Shown: positions 1-11,742 of the stretch, piece after piece
Position numbering within the stretch: position 1 is the first letter of the stretch
How the letters are laid out: every line of letters begins with the position of its first letter
Source of the DNA: Camelus ferus
Taxonomy: Eukaryota
Length of the DNA stretch: 64,000 bases
Direction: 5' to 3'
Assembly: GCF_009834535.1 (NCBI RefSeq)
Contig: NC_045696.1
Coordinates: 67,334,001-67,398,000, forward strand
The notes under the pieces: generated by a model
The model's database searches: none
Told to the model about the DNA's origin: nothing
The model's input: the letters and a program-made list of their open reading frames with translations, nothing else
Made by a program: the position numbers and the translations under genes

Positions 1-849
1 ATAGCATGGCTTTCCAGTGCACATATGTACCTCCAGACCATCTTCCACATATGAGACACACCCTTTCCCCTCTTTTCACCCATGAGTGTCCCCCTCTTGT
101 CACTCGCCACTAGTGCACTCCTCCCTGGAGAGACAGAGTTACATTCTACTGTTGCCACTGAGCCAGTAGACTGTAGACAGCTTTTCATCCACTCTTTACA
201 AATGAGTTTCACCCCCTACTAAGTCTCTTTTGATCTCAGAACAAAAATTAATTGAACCTAGATGACTTCCAGGCAAATTCCAACCTCTGCAGACAGGTAC
301 ATAATTCTCCAAAAAGAAAGTTTTATCAATACAGAATTACAACCAAGGAAATCTAAAAAATGTAACCCCATTAATGTTCCAGGAAGTTATGTACATTTTA
401 ACATAGAGTTTTCAGAAGGAAAGAAACGGTGGAAGAGAAGATAGTTATATTGAGTGTGTGTATGTGTGTGTGGTGGATTTTTTTTAATGGAAAAAATGCA
501 TCACTACATTTTAACAAAACATGAGAATAGAGAGTTAGTCTTTGTTACTAAAAGATACGGAGTAAATCTAGTGAAATGTCTTCTTGGTCTGTATTTTCAT
601 CAAATGTTCTTTATTATTTAACAGTTTAAGACCATACTTTTTGCCTTTTCTTCCATTCTTTTATTCAAACTCAAATGTTGGATTACCCATTATGTGAGTA
701 TACTTCACTAATTGAACCATATTTCCTGTTCCTGTGCAATACTGACTTCCCAAACTGCCCTGGCTTGTCTTTTCACTCTCCTTCATAAATTCCATCTGTC
801 TTCCTGCCTTTTTAATTACGTTCTGTTTCCTTGACTAACTCCTCCTTTT

Positions 850-1690
850 TGTCTCTTGCCTCTTCTATGACATTAGCCACGGCTAGTCCTTTACTCTCAC
901 TACAGCCCCTCTCCCATGCTCTCTCCTTCCCTGTTCATTCTCCTAGCTAGCTGATGACCTCCAAAACCACATTGCCTCTTCTGTTCTTTCAACCATGTAC
1001 CACCAGTATGTCTTCTTTGTTTTCCTAGATTTTTCTGTTCATATCTTTCCATTAGCTCAAATACAACTCATCCAAAGAGTCCTCATCATCTTCTCTCACC
1101 AGCTCACCTCAATTACAATTATTCTTCCAGCTAGGCTGAAAAATTGGCATCATTTTTAATTTATTCTTCATCCTCACCTCCTATAATTTAAAAAGTTTGC
1201 TAAACACTGAAGTCTATTTATTCCTCGCTATACCTACTGCCATTCCCTTGCCAAGACTTGCTGGTCCACATGTGAGTTATTGCAGTGGCTTGATTTGTGG
1301 CTTCCTTGTCTCTAATCTCTTCTTACTCCGATCTACCCCGCATACCCCTGCCAGAAATTCTTCCTTCAACACCATTTCCATCATGTCACTCCTCTACTCA
1401 AATATCTGTAATGATTCTTTTTTTTTTTTTTTTTAACAATTCTGAAGCTCTTAGTCTGGTTTTCAAAGCACACCATACCATGGTCTGACTAGTTTAATCC
1501 CAATACATCTCAACATGCACTTTCTAATCTACCCAGAGTGGCTTTCCTCTGCTGTTGATAAATATGCCACACATCTCTTTGCTTTTGCTCATATAGGTCC
1601 CGTTTTCCACAAGTGCCTCATTCTTGATATTTCAAGTCTTGAAATTCAACTTACCTTCAAGACCTAATCCATGCTCCTCTTTCTTTAGGA
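850..1690 (+). mobile_element. L2 LINE 3' region remnant
   Basis: Pyrimidine-rich sequence with typical L2 3' motifs, e.g. 'tcatgtcactcctctactcaaa' and 'ttcaacttaccttcaagacctaatcc'. Heavily diverged; boundaries approximate. Confidence 0.65.
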
Positions 1691-1699
1691 ACCTCTGCT

Positions 1700-2130
1700 G
1701 GTCAGTTGCCAGTTTGCCCCCAGGATCATCCATTCCTTTCCCTTTCTCTCTCTGCTAGGGCTACTTGCCCTCTAGCTTTTAGGTAGCTTTGGCCCTCAGG
1801 ATGCATGGGAAAAGGTTAAAGGAGAAGATGAAGGCAAGCAAGTGTTTTTCTTTTCCTTCTTTTATTCTCTCTATGGCGTCTCGAGCAATGTCTATTTCCC
1901 CTCCATGGCTTCAGCTAATATGGACAGTCTCAGCTTCTTAAGTTTGGAAACTACACCTCTTTCCTTTGGTCCTTATAGTCTAAGGGTGGTTCTTGTTCTC
2001 TGGGTTGCCTCAACAGCCCCTGTTTGGTTTCTTAGCTCTTCTATCACAGGTATGACTAATTTCTTACATTGAAATTCCATCCATTCAGAGAGTTAGCATT
2101 TTTCTGCTTCCCTGTCCAGACTTGAGCAAA
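1700..2130 (+). mobile_element. ERVL solo LTR, LTR33-like
   Basis: 'cttgccctctagcttttaggtagctttggcc' and 'tcctttggtccttatagtctaagggtggt...gggttgcctcaacagcccctgtttggtttc' follow the LTR33 motif order as I recall it. Confidence 0.6.
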
Positions 2131-2727
2131 GTTGAACTAGATAACTTTAAATATCCTTTCTAGTTCTAACAGTCTTTGTCTGTTACCACATAATGTAGCC
2201 CTTTACTAAATAGGGGCTGGAATTGTGCAATAATTTTTCTCATTTGTTCATTCATTCAATAGATGTCTATTAATATATATAGTGTGTATTCAACCATATC
2301 AGGTCTTGGAGATTGACGGAGAGCACAAAAATCTGTTGGGTACAAAGGATTTACAATCTTGGGGGTAGGAAAATGTATCCACAAACAAGTTAAGCACCAA
2401 CAAAAAGTAGTACTTGGTTAAGGGACAGGTGAATGTAACAGAAAATAATTGTTATTCATATTTAAACATTTTTCCCTATGAGATGAGGTTTTAAATATGT
2501 GCTTAGAGGACTGAGTTTATGTCCAGAAGGTTAATAAATATCTACTGGTTTATTTTTTCACTGTAGGAACTGCATATGGCAGTATTGTGGTGTAGAAATA
2601 CAGAATGTCAACCAAAACCAAGAAAAACAAAAAGATTTTGAAGATCAAACATTAAATTTTTAAAAATTATCATTAGGATACATTGCTATTGAATTAATAA
2701 TGAAAAGAGATTCTTAAAATGAAAAAA

Positions 2728-2860
2728 ATCATTTATTCAGCATTTATTTTTGAACTATGTGGTGTGCTGGTGAAAAAATATAAATCCTGGTCTCTGCCTT
2801 GAGACGCTTACAATCTAGTAGGGGATACCAATAAGTAAACAAACAATAACACAGTATGAT
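2728..2860 (-). mobile_element. L2 3' end fragment
   Basis: 'atcatttattcagcatttatttttgaactatgt...ctctgccttgagacgcttacaatctagtagggga' is the reverse of an L2 tail. Confidence 0.6.
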
Positions 2861-3704
2861 GATGATAATTATGGTACTTGGTACTTTTGGTAATAATAAC
2901 AACAGATAATATTATCATATTATCACATATTATTATTGTACAAAAGTAAATAAATAAAAACATAGATTCAGAAAATTGAAAACTTATTTAAAAGATATAG
3001 CTGGTATGTGGTAGAGCCAAGATATTTAAACCCAAGTATGCCTAAATTCAGAGCCAGGAGTTACTAACTACCTAATGCAGCACAATATATCCATCACCAC
3101 CAGATTATTGTACTTCAACACAACCCTGAATTTATACAGCAATAAAGAGCTTATAGAACTTAGTAAGGCAGAACTTAGTAAGCCAGGGGAAAGAGCTTTC
3201 ATTGTTAATCTCATTTTCCTCTTCTTCCATTATTCAGTAGGAGATATGGAGGAAAATAAGAATGCATCTGTAGGACATTCTAATAGAAACACAAGGAAAA
3301 TGGTTTTAGGAGAAATGTTATGAGATCAACAGTGTTCTTTAGAGAAGATTATTGGAGAAAGTTTCTGTGATCATCTTTGTTTGGAAGAGATGTTGGCTTT
3401 GCTTCAAGAACATCACATTACATTTGAACCACTATACATTTGTATCTGTTCAGGTATAAAGCCGACAGTGTAATTTCTCTGTTCTCCAACTAAAACAAAG
3501 TCCAAGAAGACATCTAGTAAGTAAGAGACACTTTGCATTTCAGTGCAAATCAATAAACATCAGTCAACAACTATCTAACTCATACTAAGTGCTTGGAAAG
3601 TGTAAGGTGTGAATTTTTTTCTCTAGCAATAGACAGGCTCAACTGTATTCAGAGCCTGGTACATACCAGTTTCTCTGTTTCAATTCTGGTATAATTAACA
3701 TACA

Positions 3705-3850
3705 ACAAAATGTGGATTTGAAGCCAGGAAACCTGGATTTGAGTCCTAGCACTTTCACTCATTAACCATGTGGATTTAGACAAGTCATTTCATCTTAGCA
3801 TTTTAATATCCTCAGCTGAAAATTGAGGTTGATGACAATAAACATATTAT
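3705..3850 (+). mobile_element. MIR SINE fragment
   Basis: MIR core: 'gccaggaaacctggatttgagtcctagc...caagtcatttcatct...atcctcagctgaaaattgagg'. Confidence 0.7.
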
Positions 3851-4166
3851 TCAGAATAGAGCAGAACTGTAAACTGGGGAGGTCAGGGGTGTTAAAACAT
3901 AAGACCTGCTGGCCTCCAGAGCTAGAAGTCAGAAGTAGCAATGAATAATGTGATAAAAGTGTTCTATGTAAGATGCATGACAAAAACTAGACTCACTGGA
4001 GGGAAGGCATTTCAAATACTTGTAAAACTAAAAAAAATGTTGACTAGGGAGAAAAATAATCCTTCTGACTCAAATGGGCCCATTATTCCCAATTTTAAAA
4101 CTGATGATGAAATCTGGAGTCAATAAAGACAACCAACGAAATCAATGACTAGAACATGAATTAACT

Positions 4167-5527
4167 ACAGCCACATGTAAATTAATGAAATTAGAGTACT
4201 CCCTCACATCATACACAAAAATAAACTCAAAATGGCTTAAAGACTTAAACATAAGATACCATAAACCTCCTAGAAGAGAACACAGGCAAAATATTCTCTG
4301 ATATAAATTGTAACAATATTCTCGGGCAGTCTATCAAGGCAATAGAAATAAAAGCAAAAATAAACAAATGAAATCTAATTAAACTTACAAGCTTTTGCAC
4401 AGCAAAGAAAACCATAAACAAAATGAAAATACAACCTACAGAATGGGAGAAAATATTTGCAAATGATGCAACTAACAAGGGCTTAATTTCTGGAATATAC
4501 AAACAACTCATACAACTCAATAACAACAACAACAAAAATATCAAAACAAAACTGGGCAAAAGACCTAAACAAACATTTCTCCAGTGGAGACATACAGATA
4601 GTCAATAGGCATATGAAAAAAAATACTCAATAGCGCTAATTATCAGAGAAATATAAATCAAAACCACAATGAAGTATCACCCCACACCAGTCAGAATGAC
4701 CATCATTAAAAATCAACAAACAATAAATGCTGGAGTGGGTATGGAGAAAAGGGAACCCTCCTATACTGTTGGTAGAAATGTAGTTTGGTGCAGCCATTAT
4801 GGAAAATAGTATGTAGATTCCTTTAAAAACTGAAAATAGACTTACCATATGATCCAGTAATCCCACTCCTGGGCATATATCCACAGGAAATTCTTAATTC
4901 AAAAGATACATGCACCCCAGTGTTCATAGCAGCACTATTTACAATAGCCAAGACCTAGAATCAACCTAAATTTCCATCAATAGATAACTGGATAAATAAG
5001 TTGTAGTACATATAAATATACTTACATATACAATGAAATACTACTCAGCCATAAAAAAGAATAAAATAATGCCATTTGCAGCAACATGGATGGACCTAGA
5101 AGTTATCATAGTAAGTGAAGTAAGCCAGAAAGAGTAAGAAAAATACCATTTGATATCACTTATATGTGGAATTCTTTAAAAAGACACAAATGAACTCATT
5201 TACAAAACAGAGACAAACTCAGAGACACAGAAAACAAACTTATGGTTACCAGGGGGTAAAGGGAACAAGGAGAGATAAATTGGGAGTTCAGGATTTGCAG
5301 ATACTAACTACTACATATAAAATAGATAAAAAACAAGATCCTACTGTATAGGACAAGGAACTATATTCAATACTTTGTAATAATCTATAATGAAAGAGAA
5401 TATGAAAGAGAATAACTGAATCACTATGCTGTACACCAGAAATTAACACAACACTGTGAATTGACTACACTTTAAGCACTTTAAGAAAACAATAGTCCCT
5501 TTCTACTCAAAAAAAAAAAAGGAAAAA
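4167..5527 (+). mobile_element. Young 5'-truncated L1 (ORF2 3' end, 3' UTR, poly-A) with perfect 16-bp TSD
   Basis: ORF2 C-terminal peptide '[26 protein letters not shown]' (ORF 4423-4608). L1 3' UTR and A-tail at about 5508-5527. TSD agaacatgaattaact at 4151-4166 and 5528-5543. The frame is broken by stops and frameshifts. Confidence 0.95.
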
Positions 5528-5549
5528 AGAACATGAATTAACTCTTTGT

Positions 5550-7960
5550 GAAATAGGATAGGTTAGGATAAACAGAGAGAAATGAAGATATAACACAATT
5601 AAAATGAACCAAAGATATTAAAAATCATAAATAATACAAGGATAGGTAGATGACAATATACACATAGTAAAAGAGAGAACAGTATAGAGATTTTAAAAAA
5701 ATAGAACTATCAAAGGACAGTTAAGAACCATGGAGAAAAAACAGATGTGCCAACATATAACTAATAGGAGTTACAGAAGAAGAGAATGGAAAAAAATCAA
5801 GTAAACTACCAGAAAAACTTCCCAACTTGAAGAATAAAATAAATTCTTGGAATATAAAGTACTCAAAGTACCAGTGTGAAGTAATAAATACGAACCTATA
5901 CTACAGCACATCTGAATGAATCTGCAGAATCTTAAGGACTAAGAGAAAGGCCGAATTCCACGAATAGCAACAGTTATCCTGTTGGCAGGTTTCTCATCAG
6001 CATGAATAGATTAAAAAAAAAATAGTGTGATATATTAAATGTGTTGATGAAAATAAACAGTAAATTCATAATTTTAATATGTTAGCCTAGCATTCAAAAA
6101 TGACAGTCACTATATGAGGTAATGTGGAATATAATTAGAATGTATTGATAAGTACAAAAAGGAAAATGGAAAAGAAAATAATGGTAGCATGTATACTATT
6201 TTTTTCAGTATATACAGCAACATACATATTACTTTTTTGTATATTTTGCATAAGAAAGAAGAAATAGCACATTTTCATGCTTTTTTTCCCTAAAGGAAAC
6301 ATTGAAAGGATAAATGAGAAAATAATCACATTGTTTATCTACAAGGCACGCGAGGGACAAGGGAGAATGTGACACTTCTATGAGTATACATTTTGGGTAA
6401 TGTTTAACACTTGAGATCATGTTAATCACCTATAAAGTCAAAACATAAAATTAAAACAACAAAGATGGGAAAGGTAACAATAAAATCAAGTACAAACAGA
6501 AATAAATGAATGTGAGTGTTTATCAAATGAATAACATAGTCACATTAAGTGGAAAAGAAGAAGAGCTTTTCAAGTAACTTTTGATATGGTCCTTTGTCTA
6601 TATTCATCTATATTTCATCTAAAGAAAAAAAAAAGAACTGAAGGCAAATCTTGAATTTTTTAAATTGATTTGTTTCCACAGTGTTATAACAATACTGAAA
6701 TATTTTTTTTGTGTGTTACAGGATTGAAAAAAGAAGTAAATATATTGATATGTTGGGGGAGCTAAAGTTCTTACCTGGAAGAAGGAATACAAATCTGGAA
6801 TAGGGGATGGTAAAGAACTCTGTTGGGGTGGAAAGGAATTGGAGGAACCAGTTTAAAATCATGATTTCCTATGCATATCTATTTCCTGGACCTGTCCACT
6901 GGAAGATCTTGAAACAATGACACTCCCATAGCAATGAACACACCTAGTGCCCAGATTTTGGATTCTAAATATCATTCTCACTGAAGAAACCAGTGCTCCT
7001 TGGGAGAATGGCTGGATCAAGAATTGGAACAGAGAAAGTACAAAATAAGTATGGAACATCTTGTGCCAGAAAGTTAAAAAGTATCTGAAAATATGGAGGC
7101 ATATACCAATACACAGAGGCCTGCTTGAAAAGGCTGCCATTTTAAAATCTAGGACAATTTGAGTGTGAAAATTAATCAGGACTGTTGAGGATTATAAGTT
7201 GAGTATAAAAAGAATCCATTAGTCCATAATAACCATAAATAGGTAGATGGATAGATAGAAATAAATGGACGTATGGATGATGGATGGGTAGATAGTTAAA
7301 TAAATAGAAGAAATGCTTCTTTATGGATGAATGCCAACTGGTAAATATAGAAGGAATGATGAAATCAGAAAATAACAATTTGAAACTATTATAGTAAAAA
7401 TTAAATTTAGGCAAAAAACAACAATGGATTCTGGCTAGAGGAAGGTAGTTTTATAGGAACAAGAACTTACAAAGGCTAGAAGTAATCACCACAAGTTATT
7501 TATAAATTGAAACGAAGAAAAAGCTGGAGAAACCACTTTAACCAAGTGATCAAAATTAACATTACGAATGAAGGAGAAACGTACATTGTGTGCATCTGGA
7601 TGTGAAGTCCTGAGAAAGACAATATCATTTATGGAGGAAATGAGCCAAAAAGGAATATCTGCATTTTATCATGAAGAAACATCTGAAAAATTCACATTAA
7701 GAGATAATCTTTGAAACAGTGAACCTGTATTTTTCAAAATTATTAATGACAGAAAAAACAAAGGATGGCTGAAGATCTGCTCCTGATTAAAAGAAAATGA
7801 AGAGCCACAACACCTAAATGAAATGCATGACTCTAGATTGGATCCTGAACTGGAGGAAAAATAACAGTCATTGAAGACATTATAGGGCAATTGACAATTC
7901 TGGAATATGATCTGTAGATAGAAACATTGTATCAATGTTAAATTTCCTCAATATACTGAT
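5550..7960 (+). mobile_element. Old L1M (L1MC/ME-like) relic: ORF1 remnant and 3' region
   Basis: A-rich sequence with ORF1-like 'ccaacatataactaataggagttacagaagaagagaa' and an L1MC-type 3' motif 'cattatagggcaattgacaattctggaatatga...tgtatcaatgttaaatttcct'. Confidence 0.65.
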
Positions 7961-9344
7961 GAAAGAAGAGAAATCTTTGAGCAATAAGCCCATAATTATG
8001 CCTCTTCCTCCATGTATTTTAGAATCCAAGTTCAAATTAAATATTCATTTTTTTCCCCTTCACCTTCACCGCTATCCAGTCTGCCTGATCAGGTCCAATA
8101 TGGCCAACGTCTCACATTCCTTGATTACTACTGAACTAATTGAGGCTTAGCTTCATTCTTCATGCATACGCCAAGGAGGAGAGAGATGTTACCAGGCTCT
8201 GACAGCCTGCCTGAACCCAGATCCATGGAGACTCCTTCATGGAGATCCAGGTCCTGACTGTATTCGTAGGAACCAAAGCTGGATTGGATTGAGCACACAA
8301 CCTAATTAACAGATTTTGAACCTTAGAAACCTTCATTATGTTAAAATCCCATATCATCTTTTGAAGCTAAAAAAAAGTGTAGCTCTGTTTATCAATTTAT
8401 TGCAGTAAGTGCATCATCTCTGCCTGTGAATGCCCTGAGGCTAAGGATACACCAAAGGCGTGAGGCAGAGAGCGACTCATCATAGTTTTCCTTGTAGAGA
8501 GATCTCTGTATGTATACATACATATGCCACCGTGAATGAATTTTTCTGCACTTGTGTGACTGTCTCTTTCAGCAGTGTATGCACACGTATACGTGTGTGT
8601 GTGCAGACGCACACTGTGCTTGTAGGTATGGGTTCGTGCCTCGGTGCAGATGTGTGGACACCCCCTGTGGATAAATGATTCTACATGGCTGTACTTCTGT
8701 ATGTACGTGTATATAACTTACACACTGCTGAGTATAAAGTAGATGTACAAATACCTATTAAGGATCTATTAATTGCAAATGACGTTAAACCAAACTGAAA
8801 ATTGTTTAGGCAAAAATGAAATTTACTGACTCATTTAACTGAATTGTCCAGGATGAGCTTTAAATTTCCATCTGAGAAAGGAGGAAATGGGGAACCACAC
8901 CTGGTGGTGATGCTTCTCGGCTCAGTGCCGCTGAATAGAAATACCCAGGATTCCCTGACCTGGAGTTCTTGCTTTGGGTCAGTTCTCAGTTCTGTACCAC
9001 TGAGCTAGGTGTCTGTGCTTCTACCAATACCACACTAACGTGATTACCGTAGCTACATGCCTTAATATTAGGTAGAGTGTTTCCTCTCACTTTATTCTTC
9101 TTTTCAAATTCCTTCACTTATTCTAGACCCTGTGGGTTTCCATATAAATTTTACAATAAGCTTGTCTATGTCTACAGAAGACATTCCTGGAATATTGAAA
9201 GAAATACCATTAAACCTATAGATCCATTTTAGGAGAACTGGCATCTTTAAGATGTTGAGTCATCCAATCCATAAATACAGTATGCCTCTCCATTTATTTA
9301 GGTCTTACTTGATTTCCTTCATCAACATTTTATAATTTTCATAT

Positions 9345-9490
9345 TCTTAAAGAATTGTAACTATGCGAGGGGATGGATGATAACTAAACTTACTGTGGTA
9401 ATCATTTTGCAATATATACGTATATCAAATCATTGTGTTTTTCACCTTAAACTTAGAAATCTTATATGTCAATTAAACTGGGGAAAAACA
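9345..9490 (+). mobile_element. Short L1MA-type 3' terminal fragment nested in the opposite-strand L1
   Basis: 'aattgtaactatgcgaggggatggatgataactaaacttactgtggtaatcattttgcaatatatacgtatatcaaatcattg...ccttaaactta' is an L1MA-type terminus. Confidence 0.75.
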
Positions 9491-9554
9491 CATGTTTTGT
9501 TAAGTGTATCCACGTAAGTGTTTCATTTTCTTTGGAGTGATTTTCAGTACCAAT

Positions 9555-9853
9555 ACCTAATGAAAACTGAACTTTTAGGCTCAGACAAGTATCCTTGGTA
9601 AACATTTCACGTATGCAGTCACAGTTCATTCCTGGAGGAGTTAAGGGCATCCTGTATGACTCCACCAGGAGAAGACCCTTCGAAGCTTGTACCTGGTTTC
9701 CTCCAGACTTTGTCCCATACACCTTTCCCTTTGATGAATCTGCTTCTATCCAGGGATAAAAACAAACTGGAATCATGAGTATAACAACTTGAGTCCTATG
9801 AGTCCTTCCAGTGAATCTCCAAACCTGGGGTGGTCTTAGGAACCCCTGACACA
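9555..9853 (+). mobile_element. ERVL-class LTR 3' half (MER21C/MER77-like)
   Basis: Ends '...gagtccttccagtgaatctccaaacctggggtggtcttaggaacccctgacaca', with the LTR-terminal CA. No 5' TG end visible. Confidence 0.7.
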
Positions 9854-11713
9854 CCTTGTTTCTAATGTAAGCATTTTGATGCTATAAATTTTCCTCTAAG
9901 GACTGTTTCAGATGCACCTCACATGTTTTGATGTATTATATTTTTCAATATAATTTGGTTATGTATTTTGTTAATTTCCTTTGAGATTTTCCTTTCTTTT
10001 AACCAATGAATTATTTAGAAGTGTAGTATTTAACTGCATATTTAGAGATTTTCCTATTGCCTTCCTGATATTTATTTCCAGTTTGATTCCATTATGGTCA
10101 AAGAACACACGTTGTTAGGTTTCAATTCTTGTCGATGTATTGAATTCTATTTTATGGCCCAGGATATGGTCTGTCTTGGTGAATGTTTCACAGGACCTTG
10201 GGAAAAAAATTTATTCTGCTGCTGTTGAGTGGAGTTTTTTTTTTTAATATATGTCAATTAGATGCTGTTGGTTGATTGTGTTATTCATATATTTTATAAA
10301 CTTTCTGATTTTCTGTCCAGGAGTTCTATTAGTTGCTGAGAGGAGATGTTGAAGTCCTGAATCGTAGATTTGTCTATTTCTCCTTTCATCCCCATCAATT
10401 TCTGCTTCGTGTATTCTGAGGTTCTTTGGTTTGGTGTGTACACACTTAGGATATTATGTCTTCATGGCAGATTGATCCTTTCATATATTATTTAACTCTT
10501 TTTACACTTTATCAGATATTAATATACCCACTCCTGCTATTTGTTTTGTTTTGCTAAATGTTTGCATAGTATGTCTTTTTTCCATCCCTTTACTTTCAAT
10601 ATAGATATGTCATTGAATTTGAAGTGTACGTCTTATAAACAGCATATAGTTGGGTTGTTTATTTTTTTGTAATTAATTCTGCCAATCTTTGCCCTTGATT
10701 GGTATATTTAGGCCAATTACATTAAAGAGATTTTTAATAACGCTAGTACTTAATCCTGCCATTTTATTATTTGTTTTATGTTTGTTTTCTCTGGTTATTT
10801 CTCTGCTTCTCTTTTCTTGCCTTCCTATGTTTACATAAGTATTTTTTATGATTCCATCTTGATTTATGTATAGTGTTTTTGAGAGTATTTCTTTTTATAG
10901 TTTTTGTAGGGTTTCTTAGGATATTATAACAAGCTCATACGGCACATCACATTCTACTGGCATCATTTTACTACTTCAAGTGAGTCTTGGCATACTTTCT
11001 TCCACTTGGTTCCTTAACCTTCCTCATTTTTAAATATAATTGTCCTGAGATGATGTTAGAATTTTTGTTCTATCATAATTTATGATTTAGAAAACTCATG
11101 AGGAGAAACATAGTCTATTGAATGTACTCATATTTTTGCTCTTTTTTTCCCTCCTAATACTCTAAGATTTTTCTTTTTTTTATCATTTCCTTTCTGATTG
11201 GAGAAATGTCTTTAGCCAGTCTTTAAAAGAATGGATCTGCTAGCAACAAATTCTCCTAATTTTTCTTCGTCTGATAATGTCTTAATTTCCTCTTTATTTT
11301 TAAAGAATAGCCTCGCCTGATAAAAATATGCAGTTGACAGCGTTCCCTTTGAACACTTGACAAATGTGGAGCCTCTGTTCTGACCTCTGTGGCTTCATAT
11401 GAGAAATCTATTGCTATTCAGATTACTGTCCCTCATAAGTAATGCCTCATTTCTCTCTGGCTGCTTTCGAGATGTTGAAGCCAATTTGAAAACAAGAGAT
11501 TTTTGTTTTTAGTTTCCAGAAGTTTAATTATGATCTGTCTTGATGTGAATTTGGGGGAATTTATTGTGTTTTGTGATTTGCTCAGCTTCTTGAAATTGTA
11601 AGTTTCTGTTTTTGCCAAATTTGGAAAGTTCTAAGCTATAACTTCTTTGAATATTCTTTTCAGCCCCATTCTCTTTTTCTCTTCTCTGGAACTCTGATGA
11701 TATGACTGGTTTT

Positions 11714-11742
11714 TTGTTTGTTTGTTTGTTTGTTTGTTTGTT
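11714..11742 (+). repeat. (GTTT)n microsatellite
   Basis: About 7 units of tttg/gttt within the L1 relic. Confidence 0.9.

Noticed and set aside
3321..3323. In-frame TGA as selenocysteine
   Set aside because: No resemblance to known selenoprotein families and no SECIS identified; a nonsense mutation or chance is simpler.
4245..4884. Hydrophobic, signal-peptide-like minus-strand ORFs (also 47153-48809)
   Set aside because: They are antisense frames of A-rich L1 ORF2, which routinely look hydrophobic.
8440..8750. ORFs 8397-8612 and 8460-8678
   Set aside because: Degenerate (TG/CA/TA)-rich low-complexity DNA that yields H/T/V/C-rich spurious frames.
9462..9854. 130-aa minus-strand ORF
   Set aside because: It runs antisense through an LTR fragment and an L1 junction, with a non-ATG start; a chance ORF.
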